Part shown: in pieces, positions 9,406-19,346 of the stretch
Numbering within the stretch: position 1 is the stretch's first letter
Layout: the number at the start of each line of letters is the position of its first letter
Notes under the pieces: generated by a model
What the model saw: only the letters and a program-made list of their open reading frames with translations
Databases searched by the model: none
What the model was told of the DNA's origin: nothing
Position numbers and translations under genes: made by a program
Source of the DNA: Candidatus Marinacidobacterales bacterium
GTDB lineage: Bacteria > Acidobacteriota > Vicinamibacteria > Marinacidobacterales > DATDRI01
NCBI GenBank assembly: GCA_965226495.1
Contig: OZ245365.1
Location: 3,616,001-3,680,000 of the forward strand
Length of the DNA: 64,000 nt
Direction of reading: 5' to 3'

Positions 9406-12400
9406 CTAGTTTTTGGCGGCCTGCAGGCCGCTCACGCGATCCTTGACGTCGCGAAAACGGGCATTGACACGATAGATATCCATGTATAGCTCGAGGGCGC
9501 GATCGGGTTCACCGGCTGACTCGTACGCGATCGCCAGATCATAACGAAGACCGTGCTGCTCTTCTTCACTCCGTCCAGGGGAGTTGAGCCCCTTCTCGAA
9601 CCATTTGATGGCAATCTGTGGCATTCCCTTCTCTAGGAAGCAAAGCCCTAACATGCTGCAGCACTCGAGAAGCCGACCCTGGTCCTTGGACGCCAACTGA
9701 AACTCTGCGATGGCCTCATCGAGAAGCCCCATCTCCTTGTAGGCAATACCCAGGTTGTAACGGGTGTCGTAGTCTTCGGTGCCGAGCTGCTTTTCCACTC
9801 CCTTCTTGAACTCTCGGAACATTTCATCGAGGCCTGGGTCGGTGACGGCGTCGATAGGACTTCCGGACGACGAGGTCTCCTCAACGGCACTTTGTGTTCC
9901 GAAGACCTCGTCGGAAAGCTCAGAAGCCAGATCGACGTACTCACCTTCGATACCGGCCGGACCGCTCAAAACCGACTCGACCTCGTCTAGCTCGGCGACT
10001 CCTTCCAACGCGGCGAAGGGATCCTCTTCAACTTCAGGGGCGGCGGCAACTTCAGAGGTGGCTGGCACCTCGGGGACGCTGCTAACCAGAGCCTCCGGTT
10101 CAGCCACTTCGGCGACTTCAGGCACCGGCACCGGAGTACTCGCCGCAGAAACGAGAGACTCCTCGACCAAGGAAGCCGTTCCGGATGCGGCCGCCGGAGC
10201 CTCGGCTTCATGCTGCAGTTGAGCGACCGAAAAACCGACCTCGTCGATTTTTGCAAGAACCTGTGCGTCGTCGGGTCGCTTCCTAAGAATCTCTCGGAGC
10301 GTGTCACGCGCGTCTTCGTACAGTCCCAAGGCCATGTACTCGTCCACCTCAGCGAGGTCGTCTCGCACCGCCGGGGCGGCCGGCACAGGTTCCGGAGGGG
10401 GCGCTACCACCGGAGCGGATGGTGGGCTAGCGGCCTGACTGGCCTGATCCGCCTGACCGGGCGGTACGGTTCGATCTTCTTCTTCAAAAGGCGAGTCCGC
10501 ATCGGACGCGGCGGAAGGCTCAGAAGCTTCGGAAATTTCTGCAGGCCCCTCGTCGAACTCTACTTGAATGTCGTCGTCCGGTTCTTCACCAGCCAGCCCA
10601 TCTAGATCAATCTCGACATCCTCGGCAGCGGGCGACGATTCCGCGCCCACAGAGAATTCGTCATCAGGAATACTCAACTCGTCAATCACCGGAGCCGGCG
10701 GCAAGGACAGCTCTTCCGCTAACTCCTCTTCCTCCATCGACACCGGCTCTTCTTCAACTGTCGGCACTATCGGAACCGGCTCATCCTCTACTCTGGGCGC
10801 TGGCTCTGCGGCCGAGCCAATCTCGCTAGCGACATCATCCGCGTCGACTTCGACCGAAAACTCGTCCGGTGCGTCGCTGATGACAACTTCGACATCGTCT
10901 GTGGGTTCGGAAACGGACGGTTGTTCTTCTTCCTCGTCCGCTTCTTCAATGGCAAAGGGCAAGTCGTCTTCGTCCATCGAGACGGCGACTTCGTCCGGAT
11001 CATTGATTTCCTGCGGGATTTCCTGCGGGATTTCCTCTAGCGACGCGACGGCGGGCGCTTCGACGTCCAGCGCCAAATCGTCGTACTGCTCTGGGGACTC
11101 CGGCATGAGATCGACTTCGTCCTCCGGCACCAAGACTTCACCAGGAATCTCCTCCAAGGCCGGGTTGATGCTGCGAGCCTCGATGCGCGCCTTCTCGGCG
11201 TTATCATTCTGTCCCAGCCGGGTATAGATGGTGGACAGTTGAGCGAGCTCTTCGGCCGCCTCGTTGCTCATGCCCTGATCGCGATAGATTTCGATCAGCT
11301 TCTCGCGGGCAGCAGTATGAAAACGGAACCGGTCGAGAACATCCTTGAGCTGTTCGACCGCCTTGTCCACTAGCCCGTATCGAACGAAGACCTCGGCCTC
11401 CGTCATCTTCTCCTTGATGTTCTCCTCGTCCTCGGAGTTCAGAGTTGCGACCGCGTCGATCTCCTGCTGTGTTTGCTCCGACGGAGGCTCGACCACCGAA
11501 GGCTCAACCTCCAAGGGCCCCGAGAGCGCTTCGTCGATGTCGATGACCGGCTCCGATAGTTCCGATACATCCAACGGTGCTTCCGCGATATCGGTATCCA
11601 ATTCAACACCAGGCTGAATATCCTCGTCCATGACAGCCGGGACACTCGCCGCTTCCTGAGGCGGCGGAGCGGCGGCGGGCGGGGCCGGAGCGCTAGGAGC
11701 GCGAGCCTTACGAGCCGGGGCAGGAACGGTCGGGGAAGCGGGAGCTCCTAGTTTGGATTTGAGGAAACGCACCCGATCCTTGTGTTGGGAGTTCTCAGGC
11801 TCCAGCTCGATAAGCTGCTCAGCGACTCTAACCGCTTTTTCGTAATCGCCCTGCTTCGAGTACGCCTCACAGAGCTTGTCGAAGGCGCTCGCTTTCCCAG
11901 CATCCTGTTTCAGAATGGTTTGAACTTCCACCAACTTCAACAGGGTCTTGGTGTGATGGGGATCGCGGTTCAGAATCTTTTGGAGCTGGGCGGCTGCCTT
12001 TTCGCCGTCTTTTCCAGCAACGAGGCTGTCCACCGCGGGCGCCAAAATCTCGAGCGCTTGGTCGCAGTTTCCTTGGCCGATCGCCAACTCGGCCAAGCGG
12101 CTCGCGTGTTCCGCGTTATCCGGCTCGAGTTCGGCGAGACGCCTGAACATGGCTTCGGCCTCGGCGGCCCGACCGGCGCCCATATAGGCTTCGCCGAGGC
12201 GCGAGAGCAACTCGACATCTCGCGGGTGCTGCTCGCGCACCTCCTCGAGTAGCTGAATGGCCTTGTCGTGATGCCCTTGGAGCATGGCCGCTTGAGCCAA
12301 CTTGGTCCTCAGTAATCGACTGGCGTTGTCGATGCGGAGGCCCTTTTCCATGATCTGGATCGCTTCCGCCACCAACCCCTTGTTGATGAATTCATCGGCG

Positions 12401-12918
12401 ATACCCACGTACTCGGCGACCGCCTCCTCGACCTTGCCTTCCCGCTCCAGAAACTCAGCAAACTTGTAGCGCACCTTCAAGTCAGACGGATCGATCTCGG
12501 CGAGCTTCTTGAAGACTTCGGTAGCCTGCCGTTTGTGGCCGGTCTTGGTGTAGAGCTCGACCAAGGCTTGATACTGCGCCTTAGCCTCCATCAACAGGCC
12601 CTGAATCACCTGCAGCTCAGCTAGATTGCGCATAGCCGTTTCGTTCTGAGGATCCAAACGCAGGATCATCTTATGCGTGGCGATGGCGCGGACGTTGAAA
12701 CCATCCTGGCGGTAATAGTCCGCGATCTGAGCGTACTTCTTGATGGCTTCCTCGTTTCGCCCAATGCGGGCATAGAGGTCACCGATTTGGCGAATAGTGT
12801 TCCAATCCTTGGGGTTGGCGGCCACCCATTTTTCGAACTCGGCGATGGCCTTCTCGATCTTGCCGGAGTGGATATACTTGTCGGCGGCCTTGAAGATCCG
12901 GTCCCGGTTCAGCGCCAT
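9406..12918 (-). CDS. Large TPR protein with long acidic linker and C-terminal TPR module (SgmX-like architecture)
   Basis: About 380 aa of N-terminal TPRs, a long D/E/P/A-rich linker, and C-terminal DYDTRYNLGIAYKEMGLLDEAIAEFQ. Confidence 0.85.
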   Translation of the reverse strand: MALNRDRIFKAADKYIHSGKIEKAIAEFEKWVAANPKDWNTIRQIGDLYARIGRNEEAIKKYAQIADYYRQDGFNVRAIATHKMILRLDPQNETAMRNLAELQVIQGLLMEAKAQYQALVELYTKTGHKRQATEVFKKLAEIDPSDLKVRYKFAEFLEREGKVEEAVAEYVGIADEFINKGLVAEAIQIMEKGLRIDNASRLLRTKLAQAAMLQGHHDKAIQLLEEVREQHPRDVELLSRLGEAYMGAGRAAEAEAMFRRLAELEPDNAEHASRLAELAIGQGNCDQALEILAPAVDSLVAGKDGEKAAAQLQKILNRDPHHTKTLLKLVEVQTILKQDAGKASAFDKLCEAYSKQGDYEKAVRVAEQLIELEPENSQHKDRVRFLKSKLGAPASPTVPAPARKARAPSAPAPPAAAPPPQEAASVPAVMDEDIQPGVELDTDIAEAPLDVSELSEPVIDIDEALSGPLEVEPSVVEPPSEQTQQEIDAVATLNSEDEENIKEKMTEAEVFVRYGLVDKAVEQLKDVLDRFRFHTAAREKLIEIYRDQGMSNEAAEELAQLSTIYTRLGQNDNAEKARIEARSINPALEEIPGEVLVPEDEVDLMPESPEQYDDLALDVEAPAVASLEEIPQEIPQEINDPDEVAVSMDEDDLPFAIEEADEEEEQPSVSEPTDDVEVVISDAPDEFSVEVDADDVASEIGSAAEPAPRVEDEPVPIVPTVEEEPVSMEEEELAEELSLPPAPVIDELSIPDDEFSVGAESSPAAEDVEIDLDGLAGEEPDDDIQVEFDEGPAEISEASEPSAASDADSPFEEEDRTVPPGQADQASQAASPPSAPVVAPPPEPVPAAPAVRDDLAEVDEYMALGLYEDARDTLREILRKRPDDAQVLAKIDEVGFSVAQLQHEAEAPAAASGTASLVEESLVSAASTPVPVPEVAEVAEPEALVSSVPEVPATSEVAAAPEVEEDPFAALEGVAELDEVESVLSGPAGIEGEYVDLASELSDEVFGTQSAVEETSSSGSPIDAVTDPGLDEMFREFKKGVEKQLGTEDYDTRYNLGIAYKEMGLLDEAIAEFQLASKDQGRLLECCSMLGLCFLEKGMPQIAIKWFEKGLNSPGRSEEEQHGLRYDLAIAYESAGEPDRALELYMDIYRVNARFRDVKDRVSGLQAAKN

Positions 12919-12926
12919 CCCTCAGT

Positions 12927-13024
12927 ACCTCACCCAATGGGACGTTCCTGGCAGGCTGACCGGCCCAACGGTTGGACAGCTGCCTTCTTGATGCGGCCGA
13001 TGTTGCCGGCCTGGTTGATGCCGT
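12927..13024 (-). repeat. Degenerate copy of modular repeat family 1 (copy G)
   Basis: The minus strand has two GCATCAA unit starts, GCAGCTGTCCA (cf. GTAGCTGTCCA in copy C), CCGGTCAG and GAACGTCCC (cf. copy F), and the terminal GGGTGAGG. Confidence 0.4.
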
Positions 13025-13045
13025 CGATTTCGTTCGCTCATGGTG

Positions 13046-13399
13046 TTAGTTGGTAAGCCTTCTCTTTTCCCTGAGGCGGGCGGCCTTACCCTTGCGTCCC
13101 CGCATGTAGTAAAGCTTGGCCCGGCGCACGTGATGAGATCGAAGGACCTCGATTTTCTCGATCGTTGGTGCATGGATAGGGAAGATCCGCTCCACACCAT
13201 GGCCGAAGGACGTCTTCCTGACCGTCATGGTGGCCCGCGGCCCACCATGCTTGAGCGCGATGATCATCCCCTCGAAAATCTGAATGCGCTCTTTCTCGCC
13301 CTCTTTGACCTTCACGTGTACCTTTACGGTATCTCCGGCGGTCAACGCCGGGAGACCCTCCTTCAACTCTCGTGAATCCAGTTTTTCTAAGACACTCAT
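13046..13399 (-). CDS. rplS: 50S ribosomal protein L19
   Basis: GDTVKVHVKVKEGEKERIQIFEG...GVERIFP...VRRAKLYY; follows trmD. Confidence 0.98.
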   Translation of the reverse strand: MSVLEKLDSRELKEGLPALTAGDTVKVHVKVKEGEKERIQIFEGMIIALKHGGPRATMTVRKTSFGHGVERIFPIHAPTIEKIEVLRSHHVRRAKLYYMRGRKGKAARLREKRRLTN

Positions 13400-13472
13400 T
13401 AGCTAACCTCTCAAGCAATCAAAATCAAATTAAGAGTCATTTGAACCGGGGCACCAGAGCCTCGGCTACTCG

Positions 13473-14228
13473 TTAGTGACTTGCCGAGCTCTTCACCAAC
13501 CCCTCGAGCTCGTTCAGAATTTCGCGCTCCTCTTCATCCAGTTCCGCGCTCGCGAGCAGCTCGGGACGACGGGCTCGAGTTGCGCGGAGTGCTTGTTCCT
13601 TTCGCCAGCGTCGGATGGCAGCGTGATTGCCGGAAAGAAGCACCTCCGGCACTCGCATCCCTCGAAACTCTTCCGGCCTCGTGTAGTGAGGACAATCCAA
13701 CAACCCGCGATTGAAAGAGTCTTCTTGGGCGGAAAGTGGGTCCGAGATGGCACCGGGCAACAACCGTACGACCGCATCCACGACCACCATGCTCGGAATC
13801 TCCCCACCCGACAGCACATAGTCTCCGATGGAAATCTCCTCCGCTCCGGTAGCCGCTAGGAACCGTTCGTCCACGTCTTCGTAGCGACCAGAAACGAGCA
13901 CCAGCTGCTTCAGCTTGGCGAGCCGCGCCACCCGAGCCTGACGCAGAGGAACGCCCCGCGGCGAAAGCAAGACCACCGCACGTTCTCCGTCCGGTAGCCG
14001 ATCATCGGTCACCGCCTCGACCGCCTCCGCCAACGGCTCGACCTTCATCACCAAACCCGGCCCTCCGCCATAAGATGAATCGTCAGTCGTACGATGTCGG
14101 TCGTGGGTCCAAGCACGAAGGTCGTGCACACGAATGTCCACTCGTCCCGCTTCACGGGCCTTGCCCAGGACACCCCAATCGAGCGCCCGAAACATATCCG
14201 GAAAGATGGTGACGACGTCAATGCGCAT
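13473..14228 (-). CDS. trmD: tRNA (guanine37-N1)-methyltransferase
   Basis: [26 protein letters not shown]. Confidence 0.97.
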   Translation of the reverse strand: MRIDVVTIFPDMFRALDWGVLGKAREAGRVDIRVHDLRAWTHDRHRTTDDSSYGGGPGLVMKVEPLAEAVEAVTDDRLPDGERAVVLLSPRGVPLRQARVARLAKLKQLVLVSGRYEDVDERFLAATGAEEISIGDYVLSGGEIPSMVVVDAVVRLLPGAISDPLSAQEDSFNRGLLDCPHYTRPEEFRGMRVPEVLLSGNHAAIRRWRKEQALRATRARRPELLASAELDEEEREILNELEGLVKSSASH

Positions 14229-14760
14229 TGAGTGCTACCAGTCCCTCCGGAACGTCTACCTCTACGCGGTTGCGCTCCGTGTCGATGGACTTACAGAACG
14301 CCTCACACAGGGGAATGAGAGTCTCCCCTGTTTTCGAGTCCCTAACTACCAACAGATCGGTGCCGCCGGTGGTCAAGACTTCCTCGACGACGCCCAGATA
14401 CCCTTGTTGGCTGTCCCAAACGCCGCAACCAAGAACACGGAAATGGTAGTGGCTGCCTTCGGGCAACGGTTCGAGCTCCGACTCCGGAATGCGGAGCTCC
14501 CGCCCCGACAGCCGTTCCGCCTCTCCAATGCCCGTAATCCCCTCGAACTTGATGATCGGCCTTCCGCCCTGCAAGCGAACCCACTCCAGCAGTAATGCGG
14601 TGACGCTCCCATCATCGTTGTCAGTAAACACTCGATTCAACTTCTCGAATCGATTCGGAAAATCGGTCAGCGGGTTCACAGCGACCTCGCCCTTTCGACC
14701 CTGAGCACGCGCCACTCGTCCGACGGCGACCAACTCTCGCCAATTTGGTACGGCTTCCAT
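14218..14760 (-). CDS. rimM: Ribosome maturation factor RimM
   Basis: [15 protein letters not shown]-terminal domain plus PRC barrel; canonical synteny. Confidence 0.95.
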   Translation of the reverse strand: MEAVPNWRELVAVGRVARAQGRKGEVAVNPLTDFPNRFEKLNRVFTDNDDGSVTALLLEWVRLQGGRPIIKFEGITGIGEAERLSGRELRIPESELEPLPEGSHYHFRVLGCGVWDSQQGYLGVVEEVLTTGGTDLLVVRDSKTGETLIPLCEAFCKSIDTERNRVEVDVPEGLVALNAH

Positions 14761-14815
14761 GTTAGATCCTATGCCCCACTTCCTTACGGCCCTACTGCTT
14801 TATGGGTTTACGGGC

Positions 14816-15046
14816 CTACTCAATGATTTCAAGATGAAACCTCTTGCGGAGCTTCATACCGGAAGCCGACAGGATCGTGCGAATCGCGCGAGCGGTACGC
14901 CCCTGCTTGCCGATGACTTTTCCCAAATCCTCCTGAGCCACCCTGAGTTCGAGAATGGTGGTTTGTTCCCCGCCCACTTCCGAGACCACGACCTCATCCG
15001 GGTTGTCGACCAATGCTTTCGCAATGAGCTCCAATAATTCCTTCAT
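14816..15046 (-). CDS. khpA: KH-domain RNA-binding protein KhpA
   Basis: [18 protein letters not shown]; lies between rpsP and rimM. Confidence 0.95.
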   Translation of the reverse strand: MKELLELIAKALVDNPDEVVVSEVGGEQTTILELRVAQEDLGKVIGKQGRTARAIRTILSASGMKLRKRFHLEIIE

Positions 15047-15094
15047 CTCTGTCCCTCCCGCTCGCTTCGGTTCAGTCGCTGCTTGAGCTCGGCT

Positions 15095-15331
15095 CTACGA
15101 GGGTTTCTGCTTCAATAGACTACGGACGGTGTCTGTTGCCCGGGCTCCCTTCGAGATCCAGTACTGAGCCCGTTCTCTATCGAAGACCGCTGCGTGGCCC
15201 GCGCGCTTGGGCTCGTAGGTTCCAAGGTTTTCCACGATCGCGCCACCGCGGCCGGTTACTGAATCAGATACGACGATCCGAAAGTGCGGTCGCTTCTTAC
15301 TACCTATGCGTGCTAAACGAATATTCAACAT
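15095..15331 (-). CDS. rpsP: 30S ribosomal protein S16
   Basis: IRLARIGSKKRP.FRIVV...GTYEP...WISKGA..TDTV. Confidence 0.97.
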   Translation of the reverse strand: MLNIRLARIGSKKRPHFRIVVSDSVTGRGGAIVENLGTYEPKRAGHAAVFDRERAQYWISKGARATDTVRSLLKQKPS

Positions 15332-15427
15332 GGGTCTTAACTCTCACCTCCCCTCGAATAGTTAGTGTTATTAGTTCGCCTGTCTCATTCGGCTTGTCTT
15401 CCAATCACTTGGTATTCACTTGGTAAT

Positions 15428-16837
15428 TCACCTGGTTCTCAGCTGGTTCAATTGCTTCAATTGACCACCGAAGCCCCCCTTGGAGCGAGCCATTGCTTTG
15501 GCCATCTTTCGAACCTCGGCGAACCGTCGTAACAATCGATTTACGTCCGAGACCGCGCAGCCGCTACCGAGGGCGATTCGCCGTCGCCGGCTCCCGTTGA
15601 TGATCGAGGCGTTCAATCTCTCCCCACGGGTCATGGAGTTCAAAATGGCTACAAAGCGTCGGATCTCGGTGTCGTCGAACTCAGAAGGAACGTTCGGAAG
15701 CTTGCCCCCCCCGCTGGGTCTATTAGGGAAGTTGGGCAGGAAACTCATGATCTCGCTGAGCGATCCCATGCGCCCGATTTGCTGGAGTTGAGTACGGAAA
15801 TCCTCCAGCGAAAGGTCGTCGCGGCGAAGCTTGCGTGCGAGCTGCGCTGCCTGGTCTTGCTCGACCGCCTGTTCCGCGCGCTCGATCAGACTCAGTACGT
15901 CACCCATCCCCAAAATCCGCGAGGCCATCCGATCGGGACGGAAGAGCTCCAGAGCATCGAGTTTCTCTCCCGTCCCCACGAACTTGATGGCGCGCCCGGT
16001 GGTGGCCGCCAGCGACAGCGCGGCGCCTCCTCTGGCGTCGCCATCCAGTTTCGTCAGGACGTGTCCGGTGAGTGGTACGACTTTGGCAAAGGCTTCCGCG
16101 CTGCGAACCGCGTCCTGTCCGGTCATCGAGTCGGCAACGAACAGCACCTCGACCGGAGTCGTGGCATCGACGAGTTGTTTCAGCTCCTCCATCAACTCTG
16201 GATCCACGTGAATTCTTCCCGCGGTATCCACGATCAACACGTCGAAGCCCGCATCCCGTGCTTGCTTCTTAGCATCCCGAGCTCGTGCAACGGGATCCAT
16301 CGTGTCGGGCTCGAAACACTTGAGTCCCGTTTGGTCGGCGAGCACGCGCAGTTGCTCGATTGCCGCCGGTCGCTTGACGTCCACCGAGACCACCGCCGGG
16401 TGCCTTCGCTCCGTGGCGAGCCACTTGCCGAGCTTGGCGGTGGTGGTCGTCTTGCCGGAGCCCGAAAGGCCCGCCATCAGGATGACAGACGGAGTGTCCC
16501 GGGCAAACTCTATTGGCTTTAGGGGCTTCAACGGGTTTTCCGGATCGACCGACCCCGACCCGCCAGGTTCGGTCCCCGCGAGCAGATTTACCAATTCGTC
16601 CCGCATGATCTTGAGAACTTGCTGCGGCGCGGTGAGCGATGACAACACCTCTTGTCCCACCGCACGTTCTCGTACCCGAGAAGTAAAGTCTCGAGCCACG
16701 CGGAAGTGCACGTCGGCTTCTAGCAATGCCATCCGAAGCTCCTTGAGCGCCGCGTCGACGTGGGCTTCCGTCAGTCGCACTTCGCTCCGGAGTTTCTTGA
16801 TAACCCCTTGAAGTTTCGACGAAATCTGTTCAAACAT
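15428..16837 (-). CDS. ffh: Signal recognition particle protein
   Basis: GLSGSGKTTT, DTAGR, TKLDGDARGG, M domain SRRRRIALGSG. Confidence 0.97.
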   Translation of the reverse strand: MFEQISSKLQGVIKKLRSEVRLTEAHVDAALKELRMALLEADVHFRVARDFTSRVRERAVGQEVLSSLTAPQQVLKIMRDELVNLLAGTEPGGSGSVDPENPLKPLKPIEFARDTPSVILMAGLSGSGKTTTTAKLGKWLATERRHPAVVSVDVKRPAAIEQLRVLADQTGLKCFEPDTMDPVARARDAKKQARDAGFDVLIVDTAGRIHVDPELMEELKQLVDATTPVEVLFVADSMTGQDAVRSAEAFAKVVPLTGHVLTKLDGDARGGAALSLAATTGRAIKFVGTGEKLDALELFRPDRMASRILGMGDVLSLIERAEQAVEQDQAAQLARKLRRDDLSLEDFRTQLQQIGRMGSLSEIMSFLPNFPNRPSGGGKLPNVPSEFDDTEIRRFVAILNSMTRGERLNASIINGSRRRRIALGSGCAVSDVNRLLRRFAEVRKMAKAMARSKGGFGGQLKQLNQLRTR

Positions 16838-16892
16838 CTAGCGTTGCCTCAATCAAAAGGCGGATCTCCCCCCTTAAATGGTGCATCTATTA

Positions 16893-16921
16893 ATGTTAGA
16901 GAACCTGGGCAGTAAAGTCAA
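16893..16921 (-). promoter_or_regulatory. sigma70-type promoter of the ffh-rpsP operon
   Basis: TTGACT-17 bp-TAACAT. Confidence 0.65.
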
Positions 16922-17024
16922 GAGCAATCGGATTCGGGGGCAGACCTTCAACTGGTTGAACAGGCATGACTTAAGTCCCCGGGACTTCAAGCCACAGCCC
17001 CCCTGCCCGGGGTATGGAGCTGGT

Positions 17025-17486
17025 CTAAAACACCCGAGAGATCGCGAACAAGGTTGAAAACTTCTCGTTCGTTTCGCGCACTCTTTGAGAGAGTGTGCGG
17101 CAGAACGCCCACAGAAATCGCAAGGCAACGTCGGGACGGGCCTCTAGGTGACTTCTCAGGTCGGCGTTCCGAAGCTCGAGCAACTGTGCGTCTTCATGAG
17201 CGATCGCCCGCGCCGACCGCTTCTCTTCGTTGAAGAATGACATCTCACCTAGAAAGTCGCCGGGTCCGATAACGGTGAGTGCCTCCTCGCCCATATCCTC
17301 ATAGATCTTGCTAATTCTCACCGCCCCGGTGTAGACGATGTAGAATCGATCTCCCTGGGCCCCCTCCTCAAAAATGACGGCGCCCGTCTTGTAGTCTTTC
17401 ACCATCCCGAGCATGAGGATCTCGGCCAGCTGGTCGTTATTCAGCCCTTCGAAAAGACCCACACCCTTCAAGAACTCGGCATTCAC
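17025..17486 (-). CDS. Stand-alone cyclic nucleotide-binding domain protein
   Basis: IFEEGAQGDRFYIVYTGAVRI...GDFLGEMS...RSA; no Crp-type HTH. Confidence 0.9.
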   Translation of the reverse strand: MNAEFLKGVGLFEGLNNDQLAEILMLGMVKDYKTGAVIFEEGAQGDRFYIVYTGAVRISKIYEDMGEEALTVIGPGDFLGEMSFFNEEKRSARAIAHEDAQLLELRNADLRSHLEARPDVALRFLWAFCRTLSQRVRETNEKFSTLFAISRVF

Positions 17487-17498
17487 GGGAGACTACCT

Positions 17499-18731
17499 TC
17501 AGATCTTTTCCAACAGGTGTCCGAGCTTCTCCTTTTTGGTCCTCAAGTAACCTGCGGAGCTCTCGGTGGCGGCAATCTCAATTGGTACGCGCTCAACGAT
17601 GCGAAGGCCATAAGCCTCTAGCGCGATGAACTTGCGAGGATTGTTGGTGAGTAGCCGAAGATCCCGTACGCCGATTTCCGTCAGGATCTGCGCACCGATT
17701 CCATACTCGCGCTGATCCGGTTTGAATCCTAACCGCTCGTTGGCGGCCACGGTATCCAATCCCTGATCCTGTAACGCGTAGGCGCGGATCTTGTTGACCA
17801 GGCCGATGCTGCGTCCCTCTTGATGGAGGTAGAGCAGCACTCCCTTGCCTTCTTCTCCGATTCGCTTGAGCGCAGAATCGAGCTGCGGGCCGCAATCACA
17901 CCGCTCGGAGTGAAACACTTCGCCGGTTATGCACTGAGAATGTACGCGAACCAGTACCGTGTCTCCCGGTTGAATATCTCCCAAGACGAGAGCCAGGTGG
18001 GTCGTGCCATCGACCAGGGAGTCGAAGGCCATCATGCTGAATTTTCCGAACGGCGTCGGCAACTCGGCCTCCGCCACTTTCTGGACGAGTCGTTCCGTGC
18101 TAAGACGATGGCGGATTAGATCGGCCACGGTGATGATCTTCAACCCGTGCTCACTCGCGAACTTCGCCAAATCGGGAACACGGGCCATGCTTCCGTCTTC
18201 GTTCATCACTTCGCAAATAACCCCAGCCGGATAAAGCCCCGCGATCCTAGACAGATCGACCGCGGCCTCGGTTTGGCCCGCCCGCACCAGCACGCCACCC
18301 TGCCGAGCGCGGAGCGGAAACATATGTCCCGGCCGCGCCAGATCGCCAGGTAGGGTCTGGGGGTCGATCGCCGCTAAAACGGTGAGCGCTCGATCGGCCG
18401 CCGAGATGCCGGTGCTCACTCCCTTCTTGCCCTCGATGGAAACACAAAAGGCCGTACCGTGCACCGAGGAGTTATCGGTTACCATTTGCGGTACTTGGAG
18501 CTCGTCCAGCCGCTGCTCGGTCATTGGCATGCAGATGAGCCCGCGGCCGTAGCGAGCCATGAAATTGATGGCCTCAGGGCTGATCTTCTCCGCGGCGATG
18601 GTTAGATCGCCTTCGTTTTCACGGTTCTCGTCGTCGACAACGATGACCATCTTCCCGGAACGAATATCCTCCAGTGCAGCCTCAATCGGGGAGAAGGCCG
18701 AATTTTCGTCTGAATCTAGTCTTTTCTCCAT
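17499..18731 (-). CDS. ribBA: Bifunctional DHBP synthase / GTP cyclohydrolase II
   Basis: [36 protein letters not shown]. Confidence 0.97.
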   Translation of the reverse strand: MEKRLDSDENSAFSPIEAALEDIRSGKMVIVVDDENRENEGDLTIAAEKISPEAINFMARYGRGLICMPMTEQRLDELQVPQMVTDNSSVHGTAFCVSIEGKKGVSTGISAADRALTVLAAIDPQTLPGDLARPGHMFPLRARQGGVLVRAGQTEAAVDLSRIAGLYPAGVICEVMNEDGSMARVPDLAKFASEHGLKIITVADLIRHRLSTERLVQKVAEAELPTPFGKFSMMAFDSLVDGTTHLALVLGDIQPGDTVLVRVHSQCITGEVFHSERCDCGPQLDSALKRIGEEGKGVLLYLHQEGRSIGLVNKIRAYALQDQGLDTVAANERLGFKPDQREYGIGAQILTEIGVRDLRLLTNNPRKFIALEAYGLRIVERVPIEIAATESSAGYLRTKKEKLGHLLEKI

Positions 18732-19327
18732 AAATCCTGCCTAATTTCTACCAACCGTACCAGATACTTCGCCAGTATATCGTATTCCAGGTTCACTCGA
18801 TCTCCAGGAGCCCGCCCCCCGAGCGTCGTGACACGAAGCGTATGAGGAATGAGCATGACCTCGAACCAGGCCTCTCCGCAAGCCGTCACCGTCAAGCTAA
18901 CGCCGTCAATGGCGATCGAACCCTTCTCGACAATGTAGCGGTCGGACTCCGGGGGGTGCTGGAAGCGAACCACCCGATCGGACCCGCGCTCCGAAGTAGA
19001 AGCCACTTTACCCGTACCGTCCACATGCCCCTGCACAAAATGGCCATCTAGCCTACCATCGGGCCGGAGAGGCAGCTCGAGATTGACCCGACCGTCGGAC
19101 GCTAGGCCGCCCAACGTTGTGCGATCCAAGGTCTCGTTGGAGACATCGACCGTGAAGCGGGGTCCCGCGAGCTCGGTAACGGTGAGGCAGACACCGGACA
19201 CTGCGATGCTGGCACCGACGCGAAGCTCGCTCGGAAGGATGCTGGCTTCGAGAATCAAGCTGAGATGACCTCCCTGCTCGCCCCGCTCGACGATGCGGCC
19301 CACATCCTCGATGATCCCGGTGAACAT
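18716..19327 (-). CDS. ribE: Riboflavin synthase (alpha chain)
   Basis: [34 protein letters not shown]. Confidence 0.97.
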   Translation of the reverse strand: MFTGIIEDVGRIVERGEQGGHLSLILEASILPSELRVGASIAVSGVCLTVTELAGPRFTVDVSNETLDRTTLGGLASDGRVNLELPLRPDGRLDGHFVQGHVDGTGKVASTSERGSDRVVRFQHPPESDRYIVEKGSIAIDGVSLTVTACGEAWFEVMLIPHTLRVTTLGGRAPGDRVNLEYDILAKYLVRLVEIRQDLWRKD

Positions 19328-19346
19328 CGTTAGCCCCTCGGCACTA

